Assembly: GCA_001775995.1 (NCBI GenBank)
Contig: MEZH01000007.1
Location: 200,714 to 264,713, forward strand
DNA: 64,000 nucleotides
Source: Candidatus Bathyarchaeota archaeon RBG_16_48_13
GTDB lineage: Archaea > Thermoproteota > Bathyarchaeia > RBG-16-48-13
Direction: 5' to 3'
In this document: piece by piece, positions 60,195-64,000 of the stretch
How the letters are laid out: the number at the start of each line of letters is the position of its first letter
Numbering within the stretch: the first letter of the stretch is position 1
Notes under the pieces: model-generated
The model's input: only the letters and a program-made list of their open reading frames with translations
What the model was told of the DNA's origin: nothing
The model's database searches: none
Translations under genes and position numbers: made by a program

Positions 60195-60245
60195 ACCTTT
60201 ACAAACGTAAAGGTTTTATTTAAGGCTTTACAAACGTAAAGGTTT
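60195..60245. promoter_or_regulatory. Two tandem palindromic operator-like sites (CTTTAC-AAAC-GTAAAG) with TATA-like tracts
   Basis: A 20-bp direct repeat at 60197-60216 and 60226-60245; each copy is an inverted repeat. Located in a divergent intergenic region. Confidence 0.7.
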
Positions 60246-60289
60246 ATTAATAAAATCGACGATTGAAGGAATTTCCAGAGGTATAGAGG

Positions 60290-60784
60290 ATGAGGAAGAC
60301 AGGTATTGACGAAAAGGGCACAATAAAATTATTGGATATGCTTGAAATCCTCGAAAAAAATCCTAGAAAAGAAGAAGCCGGTGCTATCACAATCTTCATC
60401 GGTAGAGCAAAGAAATACACCAGAAGGAACGAAGTTACCGAAGGACTCGAGTTAGATGCCTACAGAGAAAAGGCGGAGGAGACTCTAGCAAGTATCTCAC
60501 AAGAGCTCGAGAAGAAAAATGGAGTTATCGATGTCATAATCCATCACATGATAGGAGACTTTAAGGTCGGAGAGGACCTAGTCTACGTCATTGTGGCAGG
60601 AAAATCTAGAAAAGATGCATTCCCAGTCCTTCGGGAAGCGGTGGAACGCTATAAACACGAGGCTCCGATATTCAAGAGGGAGCTCCTGAAGAAGGGAAAA
60701 CCGTATTGGGTTTCCGAAGATAACAAGAAGAAACGCGAATTCTTAGGTTCTCAACACAAATGGGATCTTGCGAGCAACCCTTAA
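60290..60784 (+). CDS. moaE: Molybdopterin synthase catalytic subunit
   Basis: GAITIFIG, L.L.AY, H..G...GE..V.V...R..AF and K...PIFK.E..W. Confidence 0.9.
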   Translation: MRKTGIDEKGTIKLLDMLEILEKNPRKEEAGAITIFIGRAKKYTRRNEVTEGLELDAYREKAEETLASISQELEKKNGVIDVIIHHMIGDFKVGEDLVYVIVAGKSRKDAFPVLREAVERYKHEAPIFKRELLKKGKPYWVSEDNKKKREFLGSQHKWDLASNP

Positions 60785-60811
60785 ATTTGTTCCAGATGCC
60801 TTGAAATGTGT

Positions 60812-60913
60812 GCGGCGGTCGCGAAGCCAGGCCAAACGCGGAGGACTCAAGATCGCCCATAAGAAATCCTCTCCCGCAGGGGTTCGCCGGTTCGAATCCG
60901 GCCCGCCGCACCA
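60812..60913 (+). tRNA. tRNA-Leu(CAA) with a 14-nt intron at 37/38 (60852-60865); CCA encoded
   Basis: GCGGCGG/CCGCCGC acceptor, A73, GAGGA-CU CAA GA-UCCUC and a long variable arm. Confidence 0.92.
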
Positions 60914-60940
60914 ATCTCAGAGAGTCCACCAGAGGGCATC

Positions 60941-62029
60941 TCACTCGCCCAGACCATGATAATATTGGAGTTGCCTCTTGATGTCTGCTAATGTCTTTTT
61001 TACTGCCACGCTGGTTGAGTGAGCATCAGTAATGTGGATAGAATCCAAAACACTGTTAAGTTTGTTAGAATCGGCCTCCGAAATTGTCAAGAACATTGTA
61101 GCCCAACATCTGGGCACATTGTCCAAGTTGTATCCTCCCCCTCCTAACACTAGATATCTGCCGCCACAAGTCTCGTGGGATAGCCCGTGTAATATGGACG
61201 CAACTTCTTTGTAGGTATTTGTTGTGAGCGACAAACCCACCAAGGGGTCGCCGTAGTGTCCATCTACACCGAATTGATTTAAGATAATTTCAGGTTTGTA
61301 GTTTCTTATGAGGGGCGGAACAAGTTCTCTAAATGCACCTATATACGTTTCATCTCCAGTCCCCGCAGGCAATGGGACGTTGATTGTATAGCCCTGACCT
61401 TCTCCCATGCCTACTTCATCAACGAACCCAGTTCCCGGAAAAAAACCGAAACCTGATCTATGAAAATCGATCACAAGAATTCGTTCGGCGCGGAGCAATT
61501 CTTGAGTTCCATCCCCATGATGCCCATCTATATCGATTATAGCTATCCGTTTCATCCCGTATCTCTCTTGGAGATAACGAACCGTTATGACAATATCATT
61601 GAAGACACAGAATCCTGAAGCCTGATCTGACTTTGCGTGGTGCAGCCCGCCTCCAGGGTTGAAGGCGTGGGAGACTTCCTCTTTCATAATCAGGTCCGCG
61701 CAGGTGAGAGAGCCACCGACTACCGCAAGGCCACCTTCATAGAGGCCTTTAGTCGCTGGAGTGTCACCAAAGTCCAGGTAGCCTGAACCAGCTTCGCTCA
61801 TTTTTTTGACGAGTGTGACGTATTCCTTTGTGTGCACGAGCAATAGATCATCATCAGAGGCCATCCTAGGTTCATAGTGTTTGGCTTTACCGTTGAACAC
61901 CTCCATCTTTTTTAACAAATCAAAAGTTTTCTTCTCCCTGATTGGCTGGAAGGGATGGTTAGAACCAAAGCTGTACTTAAGGTACTCATCGCTGTAGACA
62001 AAGGCTGCAATTCCAGTCACTGGAGTCAC
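60941..62029 (-). CDS. Histone deacetylase/AcuC family deacetylase
   Basis: HPFQP.R, GGGLHHA..ASGFCVFND, DIDGHHGDG, GVDGH.GDP and GGGGY. Confidence 0.93.
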   Translation of the reverse strand: MTPVTGIAAFVYSDEYLKYSFGSNHPFQPIREKKTFDLLKKMEVFNGKAKHYEPRMASDDDLLLVHTKEYVTLVKKMSEAGSGYLDFGDTPATKGLYEGGLAVVGGSLTCADLIMKEEVSHAFNPGGGLHHAKSDQASGFCVFNDIVITVRYLQERYGMKRIAIIDIDGHHGDGTQELLRAERILVIDFHRSGFGFFPGTGFVDEVGMGEGQGYTINVPLPAGTGDETYIGAFRELVPPLIRNYKPEIILNQFGVDGHYGDPLVGLSLTTNTYKEVASILHGLSHETCGGRYLVLGGGGYNLDNVPRCWATMFLTISEADSNKLNSVLDSIHITDAHSTSVAVKKTLADIKRQLQYYHGLGE

Positions 62030-62079
62030 CTATGTATGAGAAACGAGAAAAGATCGTGATTCTCATAAAAAAAGAGGTA

Positions 62080-63216
62080 TCAGTAATCAATTGTCATTGC
62101 TTTCGTCGGGCACAGAGAGGTGCATAAACTGCATCCGTAACACAGATCTGTATTTACCGTTGCCTTCTTCTCTACGAAGTAGAGCGCGCCCCAAGGACAT
62201 GCCATGATACACAATCCGCAGCTGATGCATTTGTCCTTGTCGATCTTCGGGTTCTGAGGTTCAAAGATCTCATGCCCCTTCTCCTCCCTCTCAATGACGT
62301 TCCTGAGAGCAAGCCCTCTGAAATCAGCCAGTTTTCCGTAACCCTTTTTTCTCATAAAAGCTTCCATTTGGTTGCCAATGGTACCAAAGAACTCGTGGCC
62401 ATTCAAGATTATCGCTGTGCACAACTGAACCGCCTGAGCGCCAGCCATAATTGCCTCAACAGCGTCCTCACCGGACATGATGCCACCAATTCCCATTACC
62501 GGCAGCCCTGTTGCTCTCACGAGTTTGGCCACCCCGTAAACCATGAAGGGCTTCAGGGATGCACCGCCCATTCGACCGTAACTCGTGTGGCTACCCATGA
62601 AAGTCTTCCCGGTATTTATGTCAAATTTGTAAACGTTTCCCATCGTATCCATGAAGGATATGGCATCAGCCCCAGCTTTTTTGGCCGCTATGCCAAGGTC
62701 ATCGGGTTCGAAGGTAATCATAGAGAGTTTGGCTATAACTGGTAGTCCTGCCTTCTTGGCGGCTTTCAGCAAAGGAATCATCGTTCTTGGATCATATGCC
62801 GGGAGTTCAACCATATCAGCGCCTGCAGCTGCGACACCTTTTGCCACAATCTCGATGTCCTCTGGTGTCGAGTCGTAACTTAGTTTGCCGTTTATGTAGC
62901 GAGCCCCACCTATGCTCGCAATTACCGGCACGCCGCCCTTCTTGGCCTCCTTGATTTCCTTGTTTATCCAGCTATCATAGTCAAGGTCGGACCATAGCTC
63001 GTTATTGATCACGCCGCCCAAGGTTCTAGTTATGCATGGTCTTGGGACTATGGCGGCTTCAGGGCCGATGGTCTTGGTCACAACTGCACCAGCCCCGCAT
63101 TCGGCGGCTCTCAGGAGATCTTTTGAGTCCTTGGCTCTTGGACCTGAAGCAAGTATGAAGGGGTTTTTCAGATGGATTCCGCAAATTTCGACGGACATAT
63201 CGAGTTCGTTCTTCAA
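62080..63216 (-). CDS. Dihydroorotate/dihydropyrimidine dehydrogenase-like FMN protein with C-terminal 2x[4Fe-4S]
   Basis: L.NPFILASGP, VVTKT, GIGGI.SG.DA.E...AGA..VQ.CT, and two ferredoxin motifs. Confidence 0.85.
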   Translation of the reverse strand: MKNELDMSVEICGIHLKNPFILASGPRAKDSKDLLRAAECGAGAVVTKTIGPEAAIVPRPCITRTLGGVINNELWSDLDYDSWINKEIKEAKKGGVPVIASIGGARYINGKLSYDSTPEDIEIVAKGVAAAGADMVELPAYDPRTMIPLLKAAKKAGLPVIAKLSMITFEPDDLGIAAKKAGADAISFMDTMGNVYKFDINTGKTFMGSHTSYGRMGGASLKPFMVYGVAKLVRATGLPVMGIGGIMSGEDAVEAIMAGAQAVQLCTAIILNGHEFFGTIGNQMEAFMRKKGYGKLADFRGLALRNVIEREEKGHEIFEPQNPKIDKDKCISCGLCIMACPWGALYFVEKKATVNTDLCYGCSLCTSLCPTKAMTIDY

Positions 63217-63374
63217 CGCAGATGCACCACAGTGAAATAGGGATTATACAAATTCGCTGGTTTAAAAGTTTAACCTCTCTCTTGGTAAGTGTGGGGAAAT
63301 ATGCTCATCAAAACATTTAAAACCAAAGATCAAATATTGTCAGGACAGTAACAGGTTAGGAGAAATAAAACTTC

Positions 63375-64000
63375 ATGAGTGAAAAGTGGATTAATGATGC
63401 GCCCAAGATTGTTGTGAAGCCTCCAGGACCAAAAGCTCAGAAAATTGTTGAACAGAACTACAAGTATGTCAGCAGCCTTGCGTTAGGGATTGCCAAGGTA
63501 CTAAAGGTAGTCTTTGATGAGGCTAGAGGTGCAGTGGTAAAGGACGTTGATGGCAACGTATACATAGACTTCACAGCAGGCGTTACGACTGATAACACAG
63601 GTCACTCCCATCCGAGAGTCGTCAAGGCCATTCAAGAACAAGCACCGAAATTCCTTCATCCATATGAATACCCAACAAAGCTGAGAGGAGAAGTGGCTGA
63701 GCTCCTCTGCAAGATCACGCCCGGCAGCTTCGAGAAACGAGTCATATTCGCGAACTGTGGAACTGAATCTATAGAGAACGCCCTTAGGATTTGTGAGATG
63801 GCGACCAAGAAACATGAATTCATATCTTTGTGGAACTCCTTCCACGGGAAGAGTCGAGGATCAGCTTCAATAACGACCCTCGCGGGCACGAAAAAGGGTC
63901 TTAGGACCCTCGCTGGATGTTATAGTATGCCATATCCTTGGTGCCGGCATTGTTTCATCCATTTAAAATACCCAGATTGTGGCTTGGAATGCCTCAAGCT
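63375..64000 (+). CDS. Class III PLP aminotransferase (4-aminobutyrate aminotransferase-like), truncated at the window edge
   Basis: Manual translation PPGPKA...DVDGNVYIDFTAG...GHSHP.VV.A...NCGTES.E.A...SFHG. Not in the ORF track. Confidence 0.9.
   Translation, partial: MSEKWINDAPKIVVKPPGPKAQKIVEQNYKYVSSLALGIAKVLKVVFDEARGAVVKDVDGNVYIDFTAGVTTDNTGHSHPRVVKAIQEQAPKFLHPYEYPTKLRGEVAELLCKITPGSFEKRVIFANCGTESIENALRICEMATKKHEFISLWNSFHGKSRGSASITTLAGTKKGLRTLAGCYSMPYPWCRHCFIHLKYPDCGLECLK

Noticed and set aside
53420-60913. Integrated element bounded by tRNA-Leu att sites
   Set aside because: I found no repeat of the tRNA 3' end near the left edge of the citrate cluster, and no integrase or transposase in the window.

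Overview
Archaeal core-genome window. The unsplit RNA polymerase subunit A, the gene order and the intron-rich tRNAs suggest a TACK lineage such as Bathyarchaeia (inference). It holds the rpoH-rpoB-rpoA-rpl30e-nusA-rps12-rps7-tuf-rps10 cluster, the priL-priS-GINS-rpl44e-rps27e-aIF2a-nop10 cluster, many RNA modification and processing genes, aglB, ileS, pyrBI, SRP RNA and four tRNA genes with eight introns in total. Main finding: the tRNA-splicing ligase gene rtcB is interrupted one codon before its catalytic Cys by a 30-nt insert (2886-2915). The insert carries an in-frame UAG and folds into a strict bulge-helix-bulge (BHB) splice motif. Canonical cleavage restores GYDINCGVR and a 485-aa RtcB, so the ligase mRNA appears to depend on the splicing machinery it encodes. 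Other notable items: two three-intron tRNA-Ser genes (one intron at 8/9, with a leader copy of the acceptor strand), a Pus10 lacking its catalytic Asp, a DC2/OST3-like membrane protein, and a GC-richer aconitase-IDH-ATP citrate lyase cluster next to a korA remnant and tandem palindromic operators. All structures and alignments were done by eye; no searches were run.
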